From assembly GCF_009834535.1 (NCBI RefSeq), contig NC_045716.1, positions 22,134,001 through 22,198,000 of the forward strand: DNA of 64,000 nt, in the 5' to 3' direction. Numbering within the stretch: position 1 is the stretch's first letter; every line of letters starts with the position of its first letter. Below the pieces are notes generated by a model. It was given only the letters and a program-made list of their open reading frames with translations. It was not told the origin of the DNA and searched no databases. A program made the position numbers and the translations under genes. Positions 36,831 to 48,285 of this stretch are shown here, one piece after another. Source of the stretch: Camelus ferus (Eukaryota).

Positions 36831-38625
36831 AAAATGCCTGTCCCGTATTTGGCACTGAAAAGCTATTCGCTCCCTTCAGCATGTGGAGGAGGGAGGAAAG
36901 GGACCCATGCCGGCACTACCCCCCGCCCCACCCTGCAACCAGGCTTCTGGGTTGGGAAGGTGAGCAAACCACTAGGTGGCGCCCTGGCTCCACATTTACT
37001 GCAAACCTCGCCGCCCCCACTGCTTGGTGCCCCAAATCTTGGACACCCCCATCCCCACTGACTTGGGCCTGCTCTCCGGCTAGCTCTCCTAGGAAGACCT
37101 AGATCCCCCTCGGCTACTCTTTAGGAAGTTCTTCCTGACTGGGCTTCTTGATTGGCCTGGAAATTCCCTTGGGAGTATAGGGGACAGAAGGACAGTGTGA
37201 CTTCAGGCCAGATCAGAGGAATGTGTTAGTAAAGCTGAGGGCGCCTGCCCAGAAGGGGGCTGTAATTGACAGTGCTTCTGTAACACTGTGACTGTTGGCC
37301 CACTCACTGTTAAAGGGCTTTACGTGCATCAGCTCATTTAATTCAGCTGGGGAGGGTGGAGTGGGGCGGGGAGGGGCAGGCTGGGGATGGAACAAGGTCC
37401 ACTCATTTAACAAACATTTAGTCTATGGTGCTGGCCTTCTGCAGGTGCTCAAAATTTATGCTGCCTGAGCAGCTGACTGGTAAACTTGGGTGTCCAGCAG
37501 AGGGATCAGGATTCAGTGGCCTGGGAAGGGGGGCTGGGCTCAGGGGACAGGACACAGACTGGTCCCCTGGGTTCCCAGAGGGTGTGGGCCGCTTGGGGCT
37601 TCTCAGTTTCATTTCGAGGGCCCATTTCCTTCATTTGCATAACGAACTCTCAAGGAGGCTAGGAAGTCCCCCCAAGCCCTCTCCTCTTTCTTAGCCACTC
37701 AGGAAGTAATACGCTGAGCTGGAGGTTTCTGAACTGCTGAATCAGGGAGAAAAAGCCAAGAACTCAAGGGGTATGCTGGGGAGGGGTGAGGACACCAGGG
37801 ACACTGGCTGTTCTGACTACCCTCTCTCGCGCCCTTGGTAGGTGATCCTCATACCCACTGCAGGTCATGAAGCCGCTGCCTCCATCGCACCCATGCACCC
37901 ACAGCAGCACTGGTAAAGAAGGGGAACCCCAAGGCCCAGATCATAGGATGCTCTCTGGTCATAGAACTGGCATGTGGAGACAAGCCTCTGGAGGTTGAGG
38001 CTGGGGGACAGCACTCCCTCCTTGCCACAGGGCCGGGGGACAGCTTCTGGCTGTGTAGGGGTAGGGGGAGCCTGTGGGTAGCCCCGTGGGACTCTGTCAC
38101 ACAGCCCTGCTTGGCCTCCAGGGTCTGGTCTAGTTTAAGTACTTGGTATTTTGAGCACTTGGCTTTTCTGCCCTTTCCTCTGGGAACTCCCCCAGCCAAG
38201 AGCTCAGCTTCCGGGTGCCTTGGGGGAAATCACTGGAGTTGAGGGTGGCTGTCTTGGGCCTTCCCCTCTCAAGTGGAAAAATTCTGCTTCCTTTGGCCAG
38301 TCCCCGAAATGTATTTCCTAGCTGTCCTCCAACTTGCCATTCCTCCCCCCATCCCTGCCCCTCATTCTTCAGCCTCACCCCTTTTTCCATTGTCCTCAGC
38401 TCAGCCTTCTCTCACTGATGCCCCCTCCACCCTTTACCTCCTCCAGGATCTTCCTCATCCTGTCTGCCTCCTCAGGTCCTCCAGGCCCCAGCCTTTCCCT
38501 CTTGCCTTCCACTCCTGCCCATCCTGGGGGACAGAGGCGAGGGTGGTGGTGGTCACCTTCAGACCTGTACCATCCCGTAAGCTCCCTGAGGGTCGGAGGC
38601 ATGTGTTCCTTTTGAGAACCTCTCC

Positions 38626-38644
38626 CAGCGCCCCCTGCTTGGCA
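38626..38644 (-). promoter_or_regulatory. Candidate CTCF site TGCCAAGCAGGGGGCGCTG
   Basis: One notable mismatch to the consensus TGGCCASCAGGGGGCGCTR. Confidence 0.55.
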
Positions 38645-39429
38645 CAAGAACAGATGCTGAAGTGGCTGACTGTTGCCATGGGAACCTCCCAGGGCCATCC
38701 TGACGCAGGGACGTCTCCCCTACCACCCCGCCCGTCTCATTCTGAGCCACAGATGTTCCTGATCCCTTCATGCTTCACATGCTCCAAGAGGGTCTAAAAG
38801 GGACACTGCAGGGTCGAGGTGGGGGTCATTGCCCTAAACCCAGACAATATAGATCCCGCTCCTGCATTCTCACCGCTCAGCCCTCTGAGCCACAGAAGCC
38901 CCTTGTCACTAATTCTTGGTGACTTGTCTGATTCCCTTTCCCTCCCCTGCAGGCCTTCCCTTAAGGTTGCTGCCCATCTCTTTGGCAGCCCTTGGCTTCT
39001 AGAACATGCCCTGCCCACACAGAAGCAAAGCAGACCCCTTCCCCACTCACCTTTTTGTCTTTATCCTGGGCCAGGTGGAGGCCCAGGCCAGGTCTCTTCT
39101 AATTAGACCTGTGTCCTGGGCAAACTTTCAGTCAGAAAACCTAGTCTCAGTTCTCCACCACTGCCCACCTGCAGCCTCCTCACTTTTTCTCATCACTGAA
39201 GTGAGGCTGTAGATACCCCCTCACAGGTGGTTGTGAAATGAGTCACGCTAAGACAAAGGAAAAGGCTTTTCAAACTGCAGAGTACTGTTACAATTTTTTA
39301 GTTATTTTTATTTCATTTAACCTCTAAGGGGAGGCCAAGGCCTCTGTGAGTTACTGATATGGGAGGAGAGGGTGTTGGTCCCCAACCCATGCAGCAGGAG
39401 CTGGCAGGGAAAAGACGAAAAGATGCTAA

Positions 39430-40020
39430 CTCGCATTCAAGTCCCAGCACTGTGCTAGGTGCTGTGGGGACCCCAGTCCTTGCCCCTGAAGCTAACTGGA
39501 TTAGTTTAACACAGAGCAGAGTTTAAAAAGTATTCTCTTAATAGTGCCAGGGAGGAGTCAGCCGAGGAGGTGAAGAGGAGAGAGGGGTGGCCTTTGAGCT
39601 GGACCTTGAAGGATAATAGGACTGGTGATGCTGGAGGGGATTTCAGACTGGTGAGGCCCTAGGGGAGGGTGGAACAGCCTTGTCAGATGGTGACACTCAG
39701 GTTCCTGTAAGGGAGCAAATTCTCCCACAGGCCTGCCTGCAAGTCTAAGGGGGAGCTTTACTATAGGAAATGGGGAGGGGTGCCACTGAAGGCCTTTGAT
39801 GGGTAGGGGGCATGAAGAGGAAGATCCACACGGGGCAGTGCAGCCGGCCGGGGGAAGGGCAGCATGGAGATGTGAAATTGGGGGTAGTTAGGAGGTGTCA
39901 GCCATCGACTCAAGAGAGAGATGACAGGCCTGATTTAGAGCAGTGAATCAGAATGGACTGGCCTGGGGTGGGACAAGGACAAGGGAGAGGGAGGAGTCAA
40001 GGGCACACTGAGCTTCCCAG
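39430..40020 (-). mobile_element. L2 fragment(s)
   Basis: CCCAGCACTGTGCTAGGTGCTG...TTTGAGCTGGACCTTGAAGGAT resembles antisense L2; boundaries approximate. Confidence 0.5.
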
Positions 40021-40689
40021 TCTCATGACAGGTGGATGACTGCATCCTCATGCGATGCGGTGCTGGGAAAGGAGGAGGAAAGGCCCAAGCTGCTTTGTGG
40101 GGGGTGGGGTGGGATGGGCTGGGGAAAGAGGGACAGGGTTGCCTCTGGGCTTGACTGTGCAGGAGATGGGACAGGGATAGAGCCAGCCTCCCCGCAGATC
40201 ACCTCTCTGCTCTGCCAAGTTGCATGTCCCCACCTCCCAGTCCTCATGTCCCTCCTGCCCCTACTGCCCGCTGCCCCACTCCAAATTCCTTTCCAGGGCA
40301 GGGCCCCTTTGGGGGAATTCTTACCAGCTGTTAGTACATTTACCTTTACTGAATCTGAGGGGAGGCACCCAGCAGAGGGGAGTGACTTTTCCACTGAGGT
40401 CATCACTGAGACCTTTTCCAAAGTCAAAGGGACAGGTCATCAGGCCGGGGCAGGCTGGGGCAGGAACCTGAAGCCCTGTGCTGTGGAGAGGGAAGTGTTA
40501 GATGGCTCTCCTTTTGGAAGCTCAGTCACCCGTGGGCCAAACAGACCCACCATAAATTCTTGCTCATCTGGAATGTGGCCTTGGGCCCTCACAGAGGCAG
40601 CTTTGTAGGGAGGGACCAGCGCAGGCCACCCCTCTTATCTCTGAGGGCCCTGAACTCAGAGCCCTTCCCTACCTTTAAAATTTTGTTTG

Positions 40690-40862
40690 TTTGTTTATTT
40701 ATTTATTTAATTGTATAGTTGATTTACAATGTTGTGTTGATTTCTGGCGAGCAGCATAGTGATTCATTTATACATATATATTCCTTTTCATTGTAGCCAC
40801 TACAAGGTATTGAATATAGTTCCCTGTACTGTACAGTAGGACCTTGTTGTTTATCTGTTTTC
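40690..40862 (-). mobile_element. L1 3' UTR fragment
   Basis: AGTTGATTTACAATGTTGTGTT...CAGCATAGTGATTCA...GAATATAGTTCCCTGT...GTAGGACCTTGTTGTTTATC, typical of laurasiatherian L1 tails. Confidence 0.75.
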
Positions 40863-42407
40863 CCTATTTTTTAATCTCACTGAGGAGTAGACCTTAAAGA
40901 CGGTACGGCCATAAATTTCTCTATTTTACACGGATGAAGAAATAGAGAGAGAGAGGAGGGGACTTGCCTAAGGTCCTATTGTGGCTGAACAGTGACAGTG
41001 GAGGTGGACTGGCCCCCAGACAGCCCTTAGGACACCAGTGGGCTTTTGAAATGTCTAGTCCTGCTGCTTGCCCCTCTCTCCGCCAGAGCGGACCCAAGGG
41101 TTGGAAGCAATATCTGAGCTCTCTCCCATCTGTGGGTCTCTTTAGCTGACTCCTCTCCTCTGGGCCTGTGTGCCCCCTACTTCAGCTACTTGGGGCACCT
41201 GGCCTTGGAGGCATTTCCTCTCTGGCCACCGGCTGCCACCTGATTGGGCCCAGCTTGTGGGTAGGAGAAGGCCAGTCCTAGAAGGGCCCTTTACAAGCCT
41301 GGGTGCCACCTCTTGTTCAGAGGGAAACCGAGGCCTAGAGAGTGAAGTGACTTGTCCAAGGACACAAAGCTTGCTAGGGACGGAGTGGAGACCAGCGCCC
41401 AGGGCTGCTCACCCCTTACTAAGCGTCCCCTTTCCTCCTGCCTCCCCACCCCTCCTCTCTCCGGCTTTTCACGCTTGGAATTTAGGCTCTGAGATCAGGT
41501 CTGGAGGAGCCTCTCACTACAAGACAGGTCTTCCTCTGCTGTTCCAGAGAAGTGACTTGGCTCGTGTCTCCTTCTGCAGAGACGTCTAGCGGTGGCCACA
41601 GGGGGGCAGCAGCAGGAGGGACAGGGGCCCGCCGGGCCGAGGACTGGGCTGGGAGGGAGAGAGGGGCCTTCAGGAGCTGCCCTGGAATCAGAGCACCGGG
41701 GTGTGGGGTGATGAGGCCTCAGCCTTGAGAATACTCACAGAGGGCCCTTCTGGCTTCAGGAGTGAATCCGGGCCCTTAACTGTCCCCGACAGAGCCCCCA
41801 TTCATTTGCTCTTACAGAGCTCTTACCCTGTGCCTGGCGGGGGGCTGGTGTCCCTTGATGTGCTTTCCAACGGCCTGGTGAGGCTAAGTACAGTGTGTGG
41901 GGGAGAAACACAGGGAAGGAGCTGGCTGCCTGCCGGCGGCTGGGCTGCGGGTCCAGGAGGCCTCCCTGGTCGGGAAACGCCAGCTTTGGGGCCACACAGA
42001 CCCGGCTCCACCTCTTAGAGCTCCTGACTTTGAGGCAAGTCTCTCAATCTCCTTTTCAAAGTATGAACATCAACTCTGTCACTCAGATTGTTAAATAACA
42101 GTAAGATGAAATTTACAAATCATTCTTTAATAGTAGTTGAAATGGGGTTCATTCTCCAGCTCCAAGGCTTACATTCACTACAAAATAAGCTAATGGAAAA
42201 ACAAAATTATTTCTTGAAATCATGAATCTTCATTAAAAAAAAAAAATCACTGTTCTCTCTCATTGTATTCCGGATCGAGATGTAGCCATAATCCTTGGGT
42301 ACATTAGTTCAATTTCTGGAGCATGTTTCTTTTAAAAATGGGAGGATCCTTGCTTTGCCTACATTATGGATGTGATAAAACAAGAGCGTGAAGTTAAAAG
42401 TATTTAT

Positions 42408-42495
42408 GGGGGGGTGGGTACAGCTCAGTGGTAGAGCGCATGCTTAGCACGCATGAGGTCCTGGATTCAATACCCAGTGCCTTCATTAAAAAAGA
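42408..42495 (+). mobile_element. tRNA-derived SINE
   Basis: GGGTACAGCTCAGTGGTAGAGCGCATGCTTAGCACGCATGAGGTCCTGGATTCAATACCCAG plus A tail; flanking AAAAGTA(T/C)TT duplication. Confidence 0.9.
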
Positions 42496-43564
42496 AAAAG
42501 TACTTGCAGACTATAGTAAATGCTCTTTCAACACTAGATTCATGTCTTTATCTAAATTGATTTTAACTTACAGATTGCTCAAATGTTATCTTGGATGCAC
42601 AATACTCATTGAATTACCTCAGTTTCCTCAGCCATAAAAATGAAGGTAAAATCTCTGCCTTATAATGATGGAAATAATTTGTAGACCAAGGACTGAACAG
42701 GAGAATCCAACTTTCCATTGGTCTGCTGGAGGGGGCCCACTGTCCGGTGGGAGGTTGGATGCCCCCCCGCCCCCCTGTACCCCCTCCAGGGAAGAGCCTC
42801 TCACCTTCAGGGACATCTGCTTGCGGCGTTTCTTAAGGCTAGAGAACCCGACCAAGTCAGAGCTGGCCTTACGTTCTATTTTCCTCTAGCTTCACCCTCA
42901 CTTGGTACTTAGAGAATTTGCAGGAGGCAGTTCATGAGCGAAGTGGGATCCTAAGTGTCAGCTTCTTCTGTTGTTTGTTTGGAAGTAATTTTGCCCCTTC
43001 TCTCTGGAGTGGGATCCCAGGTTGGGTGCGGGGGCATATGTGCAATAATCTATTTGATGAATACCTGGGCAGATCTCTTAATTTTGAGCCTCAGTTGTCT
43101 CATCATTAAGGAGGAATAGTAGTGTTTATGTGATTGAGTAGTAGTCATATGATTGAGAAAAGTTCTGGCACATAGTAAACGTTCAATAAATATTAACTAT
43201 TAGCTATCTGTGGGGAGAGAAATGAGTACATGGACAATTACAGTGTAGTCTAAGATGCTATGAGAGGGGTGAGCACAGGGTGTATCAGGATCATAGAAAA
43301 CAAGCATCTAAGTCAGATGGCGTTGGGGGGGGCAGGGAAGGCTCCCTGGAGGAGGCAAGACGAGCCAAGTGTTGAAGTACAAATCGGGGTTTGTTTCACA
43401 GTGAAAAAGTTGGGAAGCGTGTTTCAGGCAGAGGGGACAACAAGAAGATGCGCCATTAGAGCCATTTTTAGCCTATATCAGAGCATCCTGCAAGTGTTTG
43501 TTTATATCAATTTTCCCTCTCCAATTTTGAGATGAAGTCTCTCATGCTCCATTTGGAAAAAAAA

Positions 43565-43815
43565 TTTTTTTGGAGGGGTAACTAGGTTTATTCATTTATT
43601 TATTTATTAAATGGAGGTACTGGGGATTGAACCCAGGACCTCATGCATGTTAAGCATGTGCTCTATCACTGAGCTCGCACACTCCTTTTCTGTTTTTAAT
43701 TGAAGTGTAGTCAGTTTACAATGTTGTGTCAATCTCTAGCGTATAGCACCATGTTTCTGTCATACATATATTCGTTTCCATATTCTTTTTCATTATAAGT
43801 TATTACAAGATATTG
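43565..43815 (-). mobile_element. tRNA-derived SINE (43565-43685) followed by an L1 3' fragment
   Basis: GGAGGTACTGGGGATTGAACCCAGGACCTCATGCATG...TGAGCT, then TTGAAGTGTAGTCAGTTTACAATGTTGTG. Confidence 0.85.
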
Positions 43816-44272
43816 ATCTCGTGCTCCATTTTTTAAGCTGTCTTAAAATTGCCTGTCTCCCATGAGAATAAATGCTCTTTGAGAGCAGGCTCTGTTTGGT
43901 TTACTGGTGCGTCTCTAGCAGTACTTGGTACATTTTAGACATTTAAATACATGTTGAATGAATGAATGAATGAAATGAATGAATATATAAGTAGACTTCT
44001 CTCCCATCAGTTTCTCAAAGGCTCAGACTTCCCCTCTTCTCTCACCCTGTTGTACTGCTTCGTTACAGCCCCTACCCAATCCTGTCCCACGTCTTCCAAG
44101 CTCCATTACCCCCAAAGCTGTGGTCGTCAAACACGCAAGGACTGATTCACAGGTCACGTTTACACTGAGGACACTGGTAGAGGGGAACGCTTGGTTCAGC
44201 TGGGCAGTGACTACGGGAAGATAAACTGGAACCACAAACAAAGAGCTGAAGCAAGGGTAATTGGTAGGGGCT

Positions 44273-44360
44273 GGGGGTGAGGGGATAGCTCAGTGGTAGA
44301 GCACATGTTTTAGCACGCACAAGATCCTGGGTTCAATCCCCAGTACCTCATTTAAAAAAA
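44273..44360 (+). mobile_element. tRNA-derived SINE
   Basis: GGGATAGCTCAGTGGTAGAGCACATG...CCTGGGTTCAATCCCCAGTACCTCATTTAAAAAAA. Confidence 0.9.
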
Positions 44361-44559
44361 CGGGTAATTTGTGGTGTCCCTGAGTTAGGGTGGCATCTAG
44401 TTCCACTGTGGGACAGACTTGCCCTGGAGGGGCAGAGCTTGGTACCGACTGCTCAGGACTCCCTCTGCCTGGGCAGAGTTGTAGCAGCACTGACAAAGCC
44501 CAGCTCCTCCTTCATCAGGGCTCTGATTTTATTTATTTATTTTTAACAAACAACCCATT

Positions 44560-45482
44560 TTTTTTAAAGGTTATACTCCATTTATAGTATTATAAAATAT
44601 TGGCTATATTCTCTATGTTGTTGTATACATCCTTATCGCTCATTTTATTAATAATTTGTACCCCTTAATCCCTATATGGCCCTTCCCCCATTTCCTCTCC
44701 CTGGAGGTAACCACTAGTTTGTAGTCTACATCTGAGTCTGCTTCCTTTTTGTTATATTCACTAGTTTGTCATATTTTTAAAATTTCACATCTAAGTGACA
44801 TCATAAAGTATTTGTCTTTCTCTATATTATTTCACTTGACATACCGTCCAAGNNNNNNNNNNNNNNNNNNNNNNNNNNNNNNNNNNNNNNNNNNNNNNNN
44901 NNNNNNNNNNNNNNNNNNNNNNNNNNNNNNNNNNNNNNNNNNNNNNNNNNNNNNNNNNNNNNNNNNNNNNNNNNNNNNNNNNNNNNNNNNNNNNNNNNNN
45001 CTGCTGTGAACATTGGAGTGTATGTATCTCTTCAAATTANNNNNNNNNNNNNNNNNNNNNNNNNNNNNNNNNNNNNNNNNNNNNNNNNNNNNNNNNNNNN
45101 NNNNNNNNNNNNNNNNNNNNNNNNNNNNNNNNNNNNNNNNNNNNNNNNNNNNNNNNNNNNNNNNNNNNNNNNNNNNNNNNNNNNNNNNNNNNNNNNNNNN
45201 NNNNNNNNNNNNNNNNNNNNNNNNNNNNNNNNNNNNNNNNNNNNNNNNNNNNNNNNNNNNNNNNNNNNNNNNNNNNNNNNNNNNNNNNNNNNNNNNNNNN
45301 NNNNNNNNNNNNNNNNNNNNNNNNNNNNNNNNNNNNNNNNNNNNNNNNNNNNNNNNNNNNNNNNNNNNNNNNNNNNNNNNNNNNNNNNNNNNNNNNNNNN
45401 NNNNNNNNNNNNNNNNNNNNNNNNNNNNNNNNNNTGGATATTAACCCTTATGGGTTATGTCATTTGCAAACATTCTCTCCCA
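44560..45482 (-). mobile_element. L1 3' fragment, partly N-masked
   Basis: GGTAACCACTAGTTTGT...CACATCTAAGTGACATCATAAAGTATTTGTCTTTCTCT, CTGCTGTGAACATTGGAGTG, CATTTGCAAACATTCTCTCCCATTC. Confidence 0.85.
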
Positions 45483-47347
45483 TTCACTACTTTGTGTTTG
45501 GCAGAGTGCCTGGCATCTCTGGCTTCTAATCTCATTTCCCAAGAACTCTGGCCACTCCCTTCCTGGGCTGTCTCTGCTCCTGTCAGACACCCCTGCTCCT
45601 CCTCTCTTTCCTGCCTCGCCCTCAGCAGCATCCCAGCCTTTAGGCTGGCCTGTTCTACCCTAAAAATAGTGCCTCATATTTGTACAGCCCTGTACAATTA
45701 GGAAAGCTTTCTACACATATTCGCTTGTTTAATATTCCCTTTGGTTGTGGAAGGAAGAGCAGATGTTCTGTAACATAAAGGGTTTCATGGGCTGGTGGCA
45801 GCCCTGGGAGGGCAGCACCGCTCTGGGAAGTCCCTGAGCAAGTGACCTTGGCAGATAGGGTGGATAGGTGTGTGAATGCTCGGGGTGAATGGTTTCTGGT
45901 GATGATGAGGTCCAGGGTGTGACCACAAGAGCTGGTGTCTGAGGAGGAGAGGATGAAAAAGCCTTTGGACGTCTGAGGCCAGGGCATTGAGCAGTCAGGG
46001 TGTTGGAGGGGCTGATCCATGCAGAGAATGAAGTCACTGAGAATGGTGATGGGAACTGGGTGGAAAAGAAGACAGGGAGCCAGCGGCTGAGTCTCACTAG
46101 GTGACTCAGGATTGCTGGTCATCAACCCTGAGGATGTCATCCCCTGAGGAGAGGATAAAGGTGGCTCAGCCAGGTGGTATGAGTCTTAGAGGAGCCAGAG
46201 TTTTCCAAGAAACAGGGGAGTCATGGTCTGAAAGCTGAAATGGTGTGGGAGGGAGGCCACAGACACCAAGTCTATACTGAGGCCTGAGGGCTGGGGGAAA
46301 ATAAAAAGCCTCCCCTAGAGAGAGTAGTAGGGAACAGTGAGGTTCAGTTGAGGCGGGAGCAGGTGGGAGCTGCTGAGAAGAGTCTGGGATATGGGGGATG
46401 TCCCGTGATTACTGGGAATTCCAGGGAGCTTCATTCTAGGAGGGGTGAGGGGAAGGGGCAGGGGTGAGGCTGGGCCAGGTGAGGGAAGAAACTCTGGGAG
46501 AAGTTCTGACTTCTTAGCGGCGACTCAGGGAAGTGGGAGCGTGAGCGCAGTTAATCCTTTTGGTCTCTGCTGGCAGAGGTGGGATCGGTGCTTTCAGTCC
46601 CAGATACTTGTTGAAGGTGAGCTGGGAAATCTGATCCTGTGTTGAATTATAAACTCTAAAATCACACAATGATCAGAATAAATAACTCCATATTTGGATG
46701 ACACTTGAGAATATACAACACCTTTTGACTGTACTTTAGCATGTTATTTTCCTTATTTCCTTCTTATTGCAACCCAGTGAGGTGAGCATTATCAATGATG
46801 AACTCAGAGTGACTTGCTGAAGGTCACATTCCTGGGAACTGTCATAGCTGGGTTCACCCCCCCCCCCCCCCATGCTGCATTCTAAGTGCATCTATGAGTG
46901 TGGTGCTTTCAGAGTTGCTTACAAGAAAAAAAGACTTTCCCAAAGTCCATTCTTTTTGCATCTGACCATTGACCATTCTACTTTCCTTAGCTTCTCCTGT
47001 GCCATCTTTTCAATATTCAGAGAACTAATGGTTTCTCCCAGAGTAGGTCTTCACACCTCACTTATCTCTACATGGCTTTATAGCTTGTTAAAATGGATGC
47101 AGTAATGGGTTGCAGGCTCTGTTCTGACAATCTCAGAGAAATAAAGGACAGCAAGTCATAGCTAAAGACAAATCCTCTTACTTAACTGGGACTGGCTGTC
47201 AGCTGCTGGGGGCAGAGGCAGAACTGGGAATTCAGGGAAGGGACAGAACACCACCCCTTACATTTGTCCTTTAAACTCCTGGCTGAGAGCTGGACTCCAG
47301 ATAAAACTAGGTAATCTCGTCCAGGAGTGGCTTCAAAGCAACCCCAC

Positions 47348-47349
<2 letters not shown>

Positions 47350-47378
<29 letters not shown>

Positions 47379-47470
47379 TGAGGTGGAGGTAATTGGGTTT
47401 ATTTATTTTTTATATCTGGAACCTCGTGCATGCTAAGCATATGCTCTACCACTTGAGCTATACCCTCCCC
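47350..47470 (-). mobile_element. tRNA-derived SINE with internal deletion and long poly(A) tail
   Basis: Long T run, GAGGTAATTGGGTTTATTT, then GAACCTCGTGCATGCTAAGCATATGCTCTACCACTTGAGCTATACCCTCCCC. Confidence 0.85.
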
Positions 47471-47559
47471 ACCAAAGCCCCTTTCTAAATTTATTCTACT
47501 GATGTCATTCCAAGCTTTCTTGCTTCCGAAAACTTTTGAAGAGGCTGCGGCTAGAAAAG

Positions 47560-48285
47560 CGACGTAAGTTTTCTCGCTGGGCTTAAAGGGTCGAACTCTA
47601 GTGGCCTCTCCAGTTAGAAAACCTGTTTAACAATCAAATAATGCTGGTGTGATTAAGCCCCTCCCCTAGCATGACGTCACCAGGCCCAACCCCCGAGTGC
47701 TTGTCTCGGTTCATCGCCGGAAAGACCCATTTCACTGTGGGGCCTATCCAGATTTGCTTTAGCACATGCATTAAAATGCACAGATAAAAAGGCAATTTTG
47801 AAAACTCCTTCAACGCGATCACGTCTATTCTTTATTTCATAATGTTTGTAGGGTCGTGTGGAAGGTAATGTGAGGTCCATTTAGGAAATTTTAAAACGTC
47901 ACCCCCCCAGGGGGAAAACAGTTGAGTCCAGTTCCCGCCCCCCATGCGTCACACGTGTCAGCTAAGAAGGCGTGGCTTCACGTCAGCTTCTGGGCGGGTT
48001 GGACTGTTCTAAATGAGTTCTCGTAGGGGAGCTGCTTTAGGGGAGAAGGAGGCCCTGGGAGTTAACCTTCTTTCTCTCCATATTCTATTTGTGTAGGCAT
48101 TCATTTAAATGCACGGAAGCATGTGTAGGGGCTGACTGTCCTCTCCGCGGCCATGGAAAAGGCGGAGACCGAACCCCTCCTTATTGCCGCTCCACCGTGT
48201 GGCCGCGTCCATTCGGCGCCGGGTCGCCCGATTTAAGAGGTGGGGAAAAGTGTCGGCTTTAGGGATCGCAAAGCGTGGCGGCCCC
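47560..48285 (+). promoter_or_regulatory. PMVK CpG-island promoter and 5' region
   Basis: Perfect CRE TGACGTCA 47672-47679, E-box CACGTG 47952-47957, CRE half-sites; CpG density rises toward the ATG. Confidence 0.7.

Noticed and set aside
40036-40608. 190-aa plus-strand intergenic ORF
   Set aside because: No recognisable domain, poor start context, adjacent to L2 and L1 relics.
42408-42480. tRNA-like sequences with A and B boxes (seven copies in the window)
   Set aside because: No cloverleaf acceptor stem; they have A-rich tails and target duplications, so they are SINEs, not tRNA genes.
45006-45701. Long ORFs containing X runs (also 55887-56756 and 13527-14343)
   Set aside because: Artefacts of translating through N-masked sequence.
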